Assembly: GCA_018969455.1 (NCBI GenBank)
Contig: JAGWYI010000001.1
Span: 1 to 54,763 of the forward strand
Direction: 5' to 3'
Source: Bacteroidota bacterium
GTDB taxonomy: Bacteria > Bacteroidota > Bacteroidia > Chitinophagales > Saprospiraceae
Length of the DNA stretch: 54,763 nucleotides
Shown here piece after piece: positions 1 through 10,200 of the stretch (positions are counted from its first letter, which is position 1; each line of letters starts with the position of its first letter). The notes below the pieces were generated by a model, which searched no databases, had not been told where the DNA came from, and was given only the letters and a program-made list of their open reading frames with translations. Position numbers and translations under genes: made by a program.

Positions 1-125
1 TATGTGGCAGTTGCCAAAAAGAAATCGAATTTGGCATTGTACGCAAGCAGCCCAAAGGCCAGGAAGATGAGCCGGGCTGGGGCGATTAATTTGCTGGTTT
101 CTTGTAAAATCCAGGTATACTTCAC
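1..125 (-). CDS. Possible 5' end of an unidentified (membrane?) protein gene that runs off the left edge
   Basis: The minus-strand frame is open from a GTG at 125-123 to position 1. It reads VKYTWILQETSKLIAPARLIFLAFGLLAYNAKFDFFLATAT, with a hydrophobic stretch. Only about 40 codons are visible and there is no recognisable motif. It begins about 30 nt after the pyk stop. Confidence 0.2.
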   Translation of the reverse strand, partial: MKYTWILQETSKLIAPARLIFLAFGLLAYNAKFDFFLATAT

Positions 126-153
126 TCCGAAAATGCCCGCCTCGGAGCAGTTC

Positions 154-1593
154 CTAATCAATTTCAGTCACCTTCAACATGTTGGTGCGGTGGCGTTTAT
201 GCAGGGGCATTGAACCTGTATTGATTACCGTATCACCCGCTTGCACGTAACCGCCTTCTTTCAGGATCGTTGCCGAATCTTCGATGGTTTCGTCGGTAGA
301 GGTAAACCGGTCGTAGTAGAAACATTGCACTCCCCACAAGAGGTTCATGGTATTGAGCATATGCATTTGGTCGCTGAAAATATAAATGGCAGCACGGGGG
401 CGGAAGCTGCTCACTTTAAAAGCGGTGTAGCCAGAGGTCGTCATCCCAACAATTCCGCGTGCGCCAATTTCCTCGGCAACCCGGCAAGCGTTAAAACACA
501 CCACATCGGAATGAAAAATGCGTGATTTTTCTACGGCGCGTGGTCGTTTGCTTTCAATTTGGGGCCAGTAATTTTTTTCCGCTTCGGCAATGATTTTGGT
601 CATGTATTCAACCACCAGCACGGGGTGATCGCCTACCGAGGTTTCTCCGCTAAGCATAACTGCATCGGCGCCATCGAGCACGGCATTGGCCACATCGGTT
701 ACTTCAGCGCGGGTAGGCGAGGGGTTTTTGATCATGCTATCCATCATTTGGGTTGCAACAATCACCGGGCGTGCATACTGCATGCATATTTGAACAATTT
801 CCTTTTGGGTCATGGGCAGGCGTTCGATGGCCATTTCCACGCCCAAATCGCCACGGGCAACCATGATGCCGTTGCTTGCTTTTACGATTTCCCGGATGTT
901 TTTAACGGCCTCCGGTTTTTCGATTTTCGACAACAATTTGGCGGGGTGTCCTTTGGCTTCTACCCGGACGCGAAGGTCTTCAATGTCTTCGGCGCGCCGC
1001 ACGAAGGAGAGCGCAATCCAATTGACAGGTTGGGTAAGGATAAAATCAAGGTCTTCCAGGTCCTTTTCTGTGAGGGAAGGTTGTTTTACATTGGTATCTG
1101 GCAGGTTAACGCCTTTGTTGCTGCTCAGCACGCCTCCGAAAAGCGTTTTAAGTTTGACCGTATCTTTTTTGTTGGTTTCCAGCACTTGAAAAACCAGTTT
1201 ACCATCGTCCATCATAATGCGTTCGCCCACTTCGCAGTCTTCGGCGAATTCGGGATAGGACATATAGATGTGTTCCATGGTACCTTCGCACTCATAATTA
1301 ACGATGGTAATCACATCGCCTTCAGCGAGCGGGAGTGCATTGTCTTTAATTTTGCCTACCCGCAATTTTGGTCCCTGCAGGTCGGCCAGAATGCTGATGT
1401 GGGTATTGTATTCGGCGTTGATGGCCTGAATACGTTCAATGACCTGAAGGTGGTCGTTGTGGGTACCGTGGCTGAAGTTGAGGCGAAAAACGTCAACACC
1501 GGCTTTAACCAGTTCTCTCAATTTTTCAGGACTGTTGCAGGCAGGGCCGACAGTCGCCACGATTTTTGTGTTTTGTGATCCGTCTTTACGCAT
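154..1593 (-). CDS. pyk: Pyruvate kinase
   Basis: Lies in track ORF 154..1725. Motifs include TKIVATVGPA, FRLNFSHGTH and MVARGDLGVE, plus a C-terminal regulatory domain. I chose the start at ATG 1593 (MRKDGSQNTKIVATVGP), a typical PK N-terminus. ATG 1632 is an alternative. Confidence 0.9.
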   Translation of the reverse strand: MRKDGSQNTKIVATVGPACNSPEKLRELVKAGVDVFRLNFSHGTHNDHLQVIERIQAINAEYNTHISILADLQGPKLRVGKIKDNALPLAEGDVITIVNYECEGTMEHIYMSYPEFAEDCEVGERIMMDDGKLVFQVLETNKKDTVKLKTLFGGVLSSNKGVNLPDTNVKQPSLTEKDLEDLDFILTQPVNWIALSFVRRAEDIEDLRVRVEAKGHPAKLLSKIEKPEAVKNIREIVKASNGIMVARGDLGVEMAIERLPMTQKEIVQICMQYARPVIVATQMMDSMIKNPSPTRAEVTDVANAVLDGADAVMLSGETSVGDHPVLVVEYMTKIIAEAEKNYWPQIESKRPRAVEKSRIFHSDVVCFNACRVAEEIGARGIVGMTTSGYTAFKVSSFRPRAAIYIFSDQMHMLNTMNLLWGVQCFYYDRFTSTDETIEDSATILKEGGYVQAGDTVINTGSMPLHKRHRTNMLKVTEID

Positions 1594-1685
1594 TGCACCG
1601 TTTTTTTTGTGTGCCAAAGAAACAACTTCCATGAATTTTGTCGCAATTTTTTTAATAGTGTATAAAATACAATAAGATTGCGGTA

Positions 1686-1693
1686 CAAAAGTA
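1686..1693 (-). promoter_or_regulatory. Candidate Bacteroidota -7 promoter box (TACTTTTG on minus strand) for pyk
   Basis: Plus strand caaaagta is the reverse complement of TAnnTTTG. It lies 54-93 nt upstream of the candidate pyk starts. No clear -33 TTTG. Confidence 0.3.
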
Positions 1694-1950
1694 GTGATTT
1701 CTTTGGGGCTTCCAAGTCGTGTCATGTTCGGCTTTAAGAATAATTAATATCAAGGCTTGCAAGATTTGCAGAACAAATAAGGGCAAAAGCGTTTAAAAGC
1801 CAAAAGGAACGGCGGATAAAAAGGGTGAAAAAGCGGCCTTCCGAGAATGAAAATAAAATTTCATGGACAAAAACTTTTTTTTGGCGTTCAATAGCCGTTT
1901 CTTTGCCGCTCGAAAAATTGACTTTTTTTCACCAAAAGTTTAGAAAAATC

Positions 1951-2190
1951 ATGGCAACAGTAGCCGATCGCGTAAAAAAAATCATCGTTGACAAACTTGG
2001 CGTTGATGAAAACGAAGTAGTACTTGAAGCAAACTTCATTCAAGATCTGGGCGCCGATTCTCTGGATACGGTAGAACTGATCATGGAATTCGAGAAAGAA
2101 TTCGAAGTTGCTATTCCCGACGATCAAGCGGAGAAAATCCAAACGGTTGGTCAGGCAGTCGAATATCTTGAAAGCCAGGTAAACGCCTAA
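1951..2190 (+). CDS. acpP: Acyl carrier protein
   Basis: 79-aa product [18 protein letters not shown]...[17 protein letters not shown], with the phosphopantetheine-attachment DSLD motif. The track ORF start at 1825 is an upstream non-ATG extension. Confidence 0.92.
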   Translation: MATVADRVKKIIVDKLGVDENEVVLEANFIQDLGADSLDTVELIMEFEKEFEVAIPDDQAEKIQTVGQAVEYLESQVNA

Positions 2191-2233
2191 TTATTGGCGC
2201 CGGCTCACCTGATACCCGGTATTTGTTCAACTG

Positions 2234-2266
2234 AAAGGTTCAAGACGTGTACCGTCTTGAACCTTT
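2234..2266 (+). terminator. Strong hairpin after acpP (partial terminator or processing site)
   Basis: aaaggttcaagacg / cgtcttgaaccttt forms a perfect 14-bp stem with a 5-nt loop, 44 nt after the acpP stop. The T tract after it is weak (cctagttt). Confidence 0.4.
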
Positions 2267-2456
2267 CCTAGTTTAATGTGTCTTAATACTTTGGCTGTAT
2301 TTGAACACGGCCCTTGGCTTCCATTCAGGATATTTGCATGTTGAAATCACCACAAAATCGGCAAAATGGGTGTGCAAATGCATTAATACGAATGCCCGGG
2401 GCAAGTTTGGACAAAAAGACTTGAAATGGATAAAACGCTTTTCTAACTGAAGCGTG

Positions 2457-2464
2457 TAACTTTG
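2457..2464 (+). promoter_or_regulatory. Candidate -7 promoter box (TAACTTTG) for fabF
   Basis: Exact TAnnTTTG match 55 nt upstream of the fabF ATG, downstream of the acpP hairpin. Confidence 0.3.
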
Positions 2465-2518
2465 CTGTTCTGATATAGTCCAGAAACCTGTTTTCACTCA
2501 AACCATATAGCTATTTGC

Positions 2519-3760
2519 ATGAAACGAGTTGTTGTAACCGGCCTGGGAGCACTCACACCAATCGGGAATGGGGTGCAATCCTATCTTGAAGGTTTGCAAA
2601 AAGGGATTAGCGGCGCCAACCTGATTACTTTGTTCGATGCGAGCCAGTTTAAGACCAAATTTGCCTGCGAGGTAAAAAACTTTGTTGCGGAAAACCACCT
2701 CGACCGCAGGGAAGTACGCCGGATGGATCGGTTTACCCAATTTGCTCTGGTTGCAGCCGAAGAGGGCATTAAAGATTCCGGACTGGATCTTGAAACAATC
2801 AACAAACAACGGGTTGGTGTAATTTGGGCCTCGGGTATTGGCGGCCTGGCGACACTTGAAAAAGAGATTGAAGAGCATGTATTGGGCAGTGGGATACCCA
2901 AACACAACCCTTTTTTGATTCCTAAAATGATTTCCGACATTGCTGCCGGGCAAATATCCATGCAGTATGGGTTCATGGGAATCAATTATTGCACCGTTTC
3001 GGCTTGCGCTTCATCATCGCACGCCCTCATGAATGCATTTGATTACATCCGAATGGGGCGGGCTGATGTGATTGTAACAGGCGGCTCGGAAGCCACTATT
3101 ACCAAAACCGCGGTAGGCGGGTTTAACTCTATGAAAGCCCTTAGTGAACGGAACGATGACTATGCCACGGCCAGCCGTCCGTTCGATAAAGACCGGGATG
3201 GGTTTGTGTTGGGCGAGGGCGCCGGGGCTTTAATTCTGGAAGAATACGAACATGCGGTAAATCGGGGTGCGCACATTTATGCCGAGGTAGTTGGCGCTGC
3301 TGCTACTGCCGATGCTTATCATATGACAGCGCCACATCCGGAAGGTTTGGGTGTTATCAACGTGATGCGGCTTGCATTGGAAGATGCCCATATGAATGCC
3401 GATGAAATTGATTATGTAAACGTACACGGCACTTCAACCCCTTTGGGTGATGTGGCGGAATTGAAAGCGATTCAAACGGTTTTCGGCGCTCATGCCTACG
3501 CCCTGAACATTTCATCTACCAAAAGCATGACCGGTCACCTGCTTGGCGCTGCCGGGGCTATTGAGGCTATTGCCAGCATCTTGGCGATGCAACACGATTT
3601 TGTGCCGCCTTCAATTAACCATTTTACCGACGATCCAGATATAGATCCCAAGCTGAACCTGACATTCAATTTCGCGCAGCCGCGCAAGTTGCATGCTGTG
3701 ATCAGCAATACCTTCGGGTTTGGCGGCCATAATGCCTCCGTCATTTTGAAAAAACTGTAA
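2519..3760 (+). CDS. fabF: 3-oxoacyl-ACP synthase II (KAS II)
   Basis: 413 aa. Active-site Cys context TVSACASSSHAL, His motifs NVHGTSTPLGD and KSMTGHLLGAAG, and C-terminal NTFGFGGHNASV. Confidence 0.92.
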   Translation: MKRVVVTGLGALTPIGNGVQSYLEGLQKGISGANLITLFDASQFKTKFACEVKNFVAENHLDRREVRRMDRFTQFALVAAEEGIKDSGLDLETINKQRVGVIWASGIGGLATLEKEIEEHVLGSGIPKHNPFLIPKMISDIAAGQISMQYGFMGINYCTVSACASSSHALMNAFDYIRMGRADVIVTGGSEATITKTAVGGFNSMKALSERNDDYATASRPFDKDRDGFVLGEGAGALILEEYEHAVNRGAHIYAEVVGAAATADAYHMTAPHPEGLGVINVMRLALEDAHMNADEIDYVNVHGTSTPLGDVAELKAIQTVFGAHAYALNISSTKSMTGHLLGAAGAIEAIASILAMQHDFVPPSINHFTDDPDIDPKLNLTFNFAQPRKLHAVISNTFGFGGHNASVILKKL

Positions 3761-3781
3761 CCCGTGCTGCATTTTTGGTAA

Positions 3782-3825
3782 TTACACCGCCAATTTCCTA
3801 AAATTAGCGGTGTAAATATCTATTT
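3782..3825 (+). terminator. Hairpin plus T-rich tail after fabF
   Basis: ttacaccgc / gcggtgtaa forms a 9-bp stem with a 16-nt loop, followed by atatctatttt. It is a weak terminator because of the large loop. Confidence 0.3.
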
Positions 3826-3879
3826 TCGCGGCGGCTGGTTGAAGTCGTTTAATGCGCCTGCCGTTTAAAACATGTAACC

Positions 3880-4662
3880 GTGCGATTTCTCCGACGACTG
3901 TACAATTATTACTTGCATCCTGATAAAGAACTTGCCCGGCGGCTCAAAGGTCTTATTGGCTTTACGCCGGTGCATATGACTTTGTTTAAACTGGCCTTTT
4001 TTCATAAAAGCACGTTTTCTACGGGCGATTATGCCATATCTAACAACGAAAGGCTCGAGTTTTTGGGCGATGCCGTTTTAAGTACAATTGTTGCCGAATA
4101 TCTATTCAAGAAATACCCCAACAGCGATGAAGGTTTTCTGACTAAAATGCGGTCAAAAATTGTAAAGCGTAATTCGTTGGATGAAATTGCAGATAAAATG
4201 GGGCTTGATTTGTTTTTGGCCAATTACAACCAAACCCGCTTATCCAAATCAATGTTGGGTAATGCGCTCGAAGCCCTGGTTGGAGCGGTTTACATTGAGG
4301 TGGGCTATGAGCGCACCAAACAATATGTCATTCGCCGGGTTTTGCGCAAATACCTCGACATTCATGAGCTCGAAAGTTTTGACGACAACTATAAGAGTCA
4401 ACTGCTTGAATGGTGCCAAAAAAACGGCCGTCAAATAGAGTACAAGGTGATGGCCAAGTACAAAAGCGAGAAACGCGATAAATTTAAAGTGGCTGTGTAC
4501 GTCGACCATAAAAAACTGGGCACGGCAGACGATTTTAACAAGAAAAGCGCCGAACAGTTGGCAAGCGAACGCGCCATGACAGCCCTCGGTATATTGGGCA
4601 ATGCCGGCGCTGCAGCCTCCATTTCTGTAGACGACATTGAGGAAGAACAGACCGAGGCTTAA
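3880..4662 (+). CDS. rnc: Ribonuclease III
   Basis: RNase III signature ERLEFLGDAVL, a catalytic-domain region (NALEALVGAVY), and a C-terminal dsRNA-binding region (KSQLLEWCQKNG...). GTG start at 3880 with no in-frame ATG upstream of the catalytic domain. Confidence 0.85.
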   Translation: MRFLRRLYNYYLHPDKELARRLKGLIGFTPVHMTLFKLAFFHKSTFSTGDYAISNNERLEFLGDAVLSTIVAEYLFKKYPNSDEGFLTKMRSKIVKRNSLDEIADKMGLDLFLANYNQTRLSKSMLGNALEALVGAVYIEVGYERTKQYVIRRVLRKYLDIHELESFDDNYKSQLLEWCQKNGRQIEYKVMAKYKSEKRDKFKVAVYVDHKKLGTADDFNKKSAEQLASERAMTALGILGNAGAAASISVDDIEEEQTEA

Positions 4663-4680
4663 AACCTTAAGTGAAGCCTT

Positions 4681-5106
4681 ATGGAACTCACCATCCAAAC
4701 GCCTGCCTTGCTTTTTCCAGCAGTTTCTCTCTTGCTGTTGGCATTTACCAACAAGTTTTTGGCAATCGCCAATTTGATACGAAATCTGGTTTCCGATTAC
4801 GAACTAAGGCCGCATGAGCCCCTGCTACTGCCTCAAATTGCCAGTTTGAAACGCAGGCTCCAATTGATTCGCTGGATGCAGGTATTTGGAATCAGCAGCA
4901 TCCTGCTTTGCGTAATTACCATGTTTTTGATTTATGAAGGACACCAAATGGCGGCCAAAGCCCTTTTTGGCATCAGCTTGTTGCTCATGATCGTATCACT
5001 CGTGCTGAGTTTGATCGAAATTGTGCTTTCGGCAGGCGCACTCCGCCTTATTTTACGCAAATTGGAAGAAAAAGAAGTCGAATATGCCCAACAAAAGCAC
5101 GATTGA
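4681..5106 (+). CDS. DUF2721-like small membrane protein
   Basis: 141 aa with three hydrophobic helices. The N-terminus (LLFPAVSLLLLAFTNKFLAIANLIRNL) resembles DUF2721. Assignment is from memory of the family. Confidence 0.55.
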   Translation: MELTIQTPALLFPAVSLLLLAFTNKFLAIANLIRNLVSDYELRPHEPLLLPQIASLKRRLQLIRWMQVFGISSILLCVITMFLIYEGHQMAAKALFGISLLLMIVSLVLSLIEIVLSAGALRLILRKLEEKEVEYAQQKHD

Positions 5107-5174
5107 ACCCTTATTTTTTGCATTTAAATAAAATTGTATTAACTTTGTGCCAGAAAAGGCCGGACAACTTTTAG

Positions 5175-5206
5175 AAAGAGGGAACCCAAAGTTCCCTCTT
5201 TTCTTT
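5175..5206 (+). terminator. Rho-independent terminator
   Basis: aaagagggaac / gttccctcttt forms an 11-bp stem with a 5-nt loop, followed by a T-rich run (tcttt). Confidence 0.6.
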
Positions 5207-5249
5207 ACCCGTACCTTGGCATATTCTTGAAACCACCATCGGGTTTGGT

Positions 5250-5729
5250 ATGGAACTGACTGAAAAAATAGACCAATTGCTCCAAGAAAAATATACCGGC
5301 GACGAGTTATTTGCCGATTGTTTTACGGTAGCCATCGAATTGAAGCCAGGCCAGAAGTTGTATGTATTTGTGGATAGCGACAGTGGCATGACCTTCGAAA
5401 AATGCAAAATTCTGAGCCGTTACCTGGAGCAATTTATCGACACCAATGGCTGGTTGGGAGAAAAATACGTATTGGAAGTAAGCAGCCCTGGAATTGAACG
5501 ACCTTTGCAGTTTTTGCGCCAATATGAAAAAAACATCGGCCGTAGCCTGCAAGTGAGCCTAAAAGACAAGACCCAGAAAAGCGGGGTGCTCAAATCGGCC
5601 CAAGCCGACCACATCGTACTGGAATGGTTACAAGTGGAAAAAATTGAGAAGAAAAAAGTGGAAACCCTGGTGGAAACCCAGATCTCCATGGATGAAATTG
5701 AAAAAGCCGTTGTGCAAATTGTTTTTTGA
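5250..5729 (+). CDS. rimP: Ribosome maturation factor RimP
   Basis: EVSSPGIERPL motif, and position directly upstream of nusA-infB (the conserved operon). Confidence 0.8.
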   Translation: MELTEKIDQLLQEKYTGDELFADCFTVAIELKPGQKLYVFVDSDSGMTFEKCKILSRYLEQFIDTNGWLGEKYVLEVSSPGIERPLQFLRQYEKNIGRSLQVSLKDKTQKSGVLKSAQADHIVLEWLQVEKIEKKKVETLVETQISMDEIEKAVVQIVF

Positions 5730-5793
5730 ACTGAATTCCGCCGTGCGCGGGCAAAACCAAATTTTACATCAACCTTAATCTTACCATTTTCCT

Positions 5794-7056
5794 ATGGTTA
5801 ATTTAGTAGATGTCTTTGCCGATTTTAAATCTGGGAAGAACATAGACCGCCCCACGATGGTGCGGGTATTGGAAGACGTATTTCGAACCCTTATCAAGAA
5901 AAAATACGGTTCCGATGAAAATTTTGACGTAATTGTAAATACCAACAAAGGCGACCTTGAAATATGGCGTGTACGAGAAGTGGTGACCGATGGCGAAGTA
6001 ACCGATGAGCGCAGCCAGATTAGCCACTCGGAGGCCTATGGTGTGGATGAAAGCATATCGATTGGAGATGAATGCTACGAACAGTTGTCTATTGAAGATT
6101 TTGGCCGACGCGCCATCATGGCGGCCCGTCAAACCCTGGTTTCGCGGATCATGGAACTTGAAAAAGATGAAGTTTTCCGCAAGTATACCGAACGCGTGGG
6201 ATCGGTGGTGATAGGCGAAGTGAGCCAAATTATGAAAAAAGAAGTTTTGGTATTAGACGATGCTACCGGAAACGAATTGGTGCTTCCACGTACCGAAATG
6301 ATAAAGGGCGACTATTATCGCAAAGGCGACGTGGTAAAAGGGGTCATCCGAAAAGTGGAAATGCGCAACAATGCGCCTTTTGTCATGTTGAGTCGAACCG
6401 ATTCTGTATTTCTTGAAAAGCTGCTGCAGGCAGAAGTTCCCGAAATTGAAGACGGCGTTATTGAAATCAAGCACATCGTGCGGCTTCCTGGCGAACGAGC
6501 CAAAGTTGCGGTTGAAAGTCACGACGAACGCGTAGATCCCGTTGGCGCATGCGTGGGGATGAAAGGCAGCCGAATTCACGGAATAGTGCGTGAATTGCGC
6601 AATGAGAACATCGATATCATCAATTACACCAACAACCTGCCGCTGTATATCATGCGGAGCTTAACGCCGGCAAAAATTTCCAACATCGAAATTGACAATG
6701 AGCGCAAGCGTGTATCGGTGTTTTTGGATGCCGATCAGGTAAGTTTGGCCATAGGCAAGGCCGGTTCCAACATCAAACTGGCATCCAAACTTACCGGATT
6801 CGAAATTGATGTTTACCGGAATCAGGCACAGGAATACGAAATTGACGACGTGGATCTGGAAGAATTTGGCGACGAAATTGAGCCATGGGTCATTGAAGCA
6901 TTCAAAAATATTGGTTGCGATACCGCACGTCAGGTACTCGAACTCAGCCCTGAGGAACTGATTCGCCGAACCGATCTGGAGGAGGAAACGGTGCGGTATG
7001 TTTTGTCTATCCTGGCTTCAGAATTTGAAGAAAACGGGAACGATTCAAAACAATAA
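5794..7056 (+). CDS. nusA: Transcription termination/antitermination factor NusA
   Basis: 420 aa with an N-terminal domain, an S1-like domain, KH domains (ACVGMKGSRI, AIGKAGSNIKLAS) and an acidic C-terminal region. Confidence 0.92.
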   Translation: MVNLVDVFADFKSGKNIDRPTMVRVLEDVFRTLIKKKYGSDENFDVIVNTNKGDLEIWRVREVVTDGEVTDERSQISHSEAYGVDESISIGDECYEQLSIEDFGRRAIMAARQTLVSRIMELEKDEVFRKYTERVGSVVIGEVSQIMKKEVLVLDDATGNELVLPRTEMIKGDYYRKGDVVKGVIRKVEMRNNAPFVMLSRTDSVFLEKLLQAEVPEIEDGVIEIKHIVRLPGERAKVAVESHDERVDPVGACVGMKGSRIHGIVRELRNENIDIINYTNNLPLYIMRSLTPAKISNIEIDNERKRVSVFLDADQVSLAIGKAGSNIKLASKLTGFEIDVYRNQAQEYEIDDVDLEEFGDEIEPWVIEAFKNIGCDTARQVLELSPEELIRRTDLEEETVRYVLSILASEFEENGNDSKQ

Positions 7057-7062
7057 ATTGTT

Positions 7063-7095
7063 GAAGCCAACAAAGCCCCGGGCTTCGTTGGCTTC
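7063..7095 (+). promoter_or_regulatory. GC-rich hairpin between nusA and infB
   Basis: gaagccaacaaagccc / gggcttcgttggcttc forms a stem of about 14 bp with one mismatch, 7 nt after the nusA stop. No U tract follows. Confidence 0.4.
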
Positions 7096-7166
7096 CCAAA
7101 ATCATGCTACGCAGCAAAAAGACAATCTGCGCTTGCCAGGAAAACGAAATCCACCAAGCTTTTTTG

Positions 7167-7174
7167 TATTTTTG
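7167..7174 (+). promoter_or_regulatory. Candidate internal -7 promoter box (TATTTTTG) upstream of infB
   Basis: Exact TAnnTTTG match 120 nt upstream of the infB ATG. No -33 TTTG at the expected spacing. Confidence 0.25.
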
Positions 7175-7293
7175 CGCAAAATTCATCACATTTAAATTTT
7201 TAAGCCTTCTAACATCAATTTCTTGCGTGTAATACGCTAAATTGCAGACAAAACCAACTCATTCAAATTCAATAAAGCAGGAAAAATCGCTGC

Positions 7294-10200
7294 ATGGCAA
7301 TAAAATTAATTAAGGTCGCTAAAGAGTTCAACGTGGGTTTGCACACCATCGTCGAAACGCTGCATGGAAAAGGTTTCCAGGTAGACGAGAAACCGACGAC
7401 GGATATTACCGACGAAATGTTGGCAGTGCTCCAAAAAGAATTTCAAAAGGACCTTGTTATCAAACAGGAGGCAGACAAGCTGGCAAGGCCAACCCTTAAA
7501 AAAGAGCCAGCGCCCCTAAGTCCCCCTGCTGCAAATACAGGCGGAACGCCGGCTACTCCCCCGGCAACACGGCCTGCCATGTTACCACCTCGTGAAGATG
7601 GTACCAAAACGACGGCATCCCCTAACCTGCCGCCTAAAACTGAGCCTGCTCCCGTATCAAAAACACCTGAACCGGAGCTGCCTGTGCGCGAACGCCCAGC
7701 ATTGAAAATTGTGGGAAAAATTGATTTGGATGCCCCGAAAACGGCGCCTAAACCCCCGCAACCCGCTGTGGTAGAACCGGAAATGAAAAAACCGGAACCA
7801 ACGCCTCCTGTTGTTAAGCCTCTGGAAGAAAAGCCGGCAACTACGCCAACGCCTAGTCCCGAAGTTCCAGTTGCTGAAAAACCAAGCGAACTCCCAAGCG
7901 TTCAAAAAACAACGCCTGAACCACCCAAGAAGGAAGCCCGACAGGATTTTTTGAAGCGGGAAGATCCCCCTGTGCCTAAAAAGCAGGCCGATAATCGCCC
8001 TCCCAAAAGCCAGGAGTCAACGCCTGTGGTGGAAAAACCAACGCCAACATCCACACCCCCTACGCCACCACCAACGCCTCCTACGCCCCCAAGCGCAGAA
8101 GAACCCAAAACCGACGAACTCTACCGCGCAGATGCAACACCCCTCCGAGGCTTGAAAATTCTGGGCCGCATTAACCTCAATCCTCCACGAAAACCAGAAT
8201 CCTCCTCTGATCGAAATCAACAAGGAAATCAGCAAGGAAATAACCGCGGTGGAAATCAGCAAGGCGGCCAGAATCGAGATCGAGGTGGGAACCAAAATCG
8301 CGGTGGAAACAATCAGCAAGGCGGCGGCAACCGAAATCATCCGCAAAATCAGGGAGGCGGCCAAAACCGACCACCAAATCCTCAAGGCGGAAATCAAACT
8401 GGCGGCCAACAACAAGGCGGAACGGGAAATAACAACAACAACGACGACGCTAAGCGAAAACGCAAACGTAAAAAGGTGCCACAGCAGCCCGTAACAGCGG
8501 CTTCCCTGCAGGCAACTATGACGGGCAATCAAGGCGATAAAAAAGGTAAAGGACGCGTTGACGCCCCCCGTGAGGTTTCCCAAAAGGAAATTGAAGACCA
8601 AATTAAACAAACCATGGCGCGCCTAGGCGCAGGTGCAAGCCGCAAACGCCAAAAAATTCGCCGCGACAAACGTGATGTCATGCGCGAACGCGCTGAATTG
8701 GCCGAACAGGCACGCTCAGAAAGCGACAAAACCTTGCAGGTAACCGAGTTTATTTCGGTTTCTGACCTGGCATCGCTGCTCGAAATAAAACCCGCCGACA
8801 TCATCAAATCCTGTATGGCGCTCGGCATTTTTGTTTCCATCAACCAACGCCTCGATGCCGAAATCATTGAACTGGTCGCTGGCGAAAACGGGTATACCGT
8901 ACAATTTATCAGCGCGGAAGAACAGGTGGAAGTGGAAGAGGAGGAAATCGATGATCCAAAAGATCTGCGCCCACGACAACCCATTGTTACGGTAATGGGT
9001 CACGTTGACCATGGTAAAACATCCTTGCTTGACTTTATTCGCCGCGCAGATGTCGCCAGCGGCGAGGCCGGCGGTATCACACAGCACATCGGCGCATACG
9101 AGGTAATGCTCGACAAAGAAAACGAACACAAGAAAATCACATTCCTTGATACGCCTGGTCACGAAGCCTTTACGGCCATGCGTGCGCGGGGCGCCAAGGT
9201 AACCGATATTGCCGTAATTGTAATTGCTGCCGACGACAGCATCATGCCCCAAACCCGGGAGGCCATCAGCCACGCCCAGGCAGCCGGGGTACCACTGGTG
9301 TTTGCCATCAATAAAATCGATAAAAACGGCGCCGACCCGGAGCGGATTAAAAACGAACTGTCGCAGATGAATCTGTTGGTGGAAGAATGGGGCGGTAAAT
9401 ACCAAAGCCAGGATATTTCGGCCAAAAAAGGCTTAAATATCGACAAATTGCTCGAAAAAGTACTGCTGGAAGCCGAATTGCTCGAATTGAAAGCCAACCC
9501 CAAACGCCGTGCCGTTGGTACCGTACTGGAAGCATCTCTCGATAAAGGCCGAGGCTACGTAACCAAAATTCTGGTTGAAAACGGAACCTTGCGGAAAGGA
9601 GACCCTATTATTGCTGGCGAATTTGCCGGAAAGGTGAAAGCTATGTACAACGAACGCGGTAAGGAGGTAAAAGAAGCCGGTCCCGCATCGCCCGTATTGG
9701 TTTTGGGCCTACCCGGCGCACCTCAAGCCGGCGAAAAAATAAAAGTAACGGCTACCGATTCTGAAGCGAAAGAAATTGCCAACAAACGCGCTCAAATTAT
9801 CCGGGAGCAATCTAACCGTGCCAACAAACGGATCAGTCTTGAAGAAATCGGACGTCGTTTGGCTCTCGGCAACTTTAAGGAACTGAAGTTGATCGTAAAA
9901 GGGGACGTAGACGGTTCTGTAGAGGCATTGAGCGATTCTCTGATCAAACTTTCCATTGAAAAAGTGGCAGTTTCGGTGATTCACAAGGCTGTAGGTCAAA
10001 TCGTAGACTCCGACGTTATGTTGGCATCGGCATCCGATGCCATCATCATCGGTTTCCAGGTGCGCCCATCTATTACGGCCCGAAAACTGGCAGAAAAAGA
10101 AGGCGTGGAAATCAAACTCTACTCCATCATCTACGAAGCCATTGAAGTAGTGAAAGCAGCCATCCAGGGTATGTTGGAGCCTACAAAGGAGGAAGAAATC

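Noticed and set aside
4-213. A 69-aa plus-strand ORF at the left edge
   Set aside because: It overlaps the pyk 3' end and has no motif. The opposite strand has a more plausible, though still weak, partial ORF.
559-1578. A 339-aa plus-strand ORF (plus 241..525 and 812..1189) antisense to pyruvate kinase
   Set aside because: These are shadow ORFs opposite a clear pyk gene, and no motif is present.
8017-8610. ORFs in alternative frames and strands within the infB low-complexity region (8017..8610, 8249..8494, 7902..8108 and others)
   Set aside because: These are artefacts of repetitive, stop-poor sequence inside IF-2.
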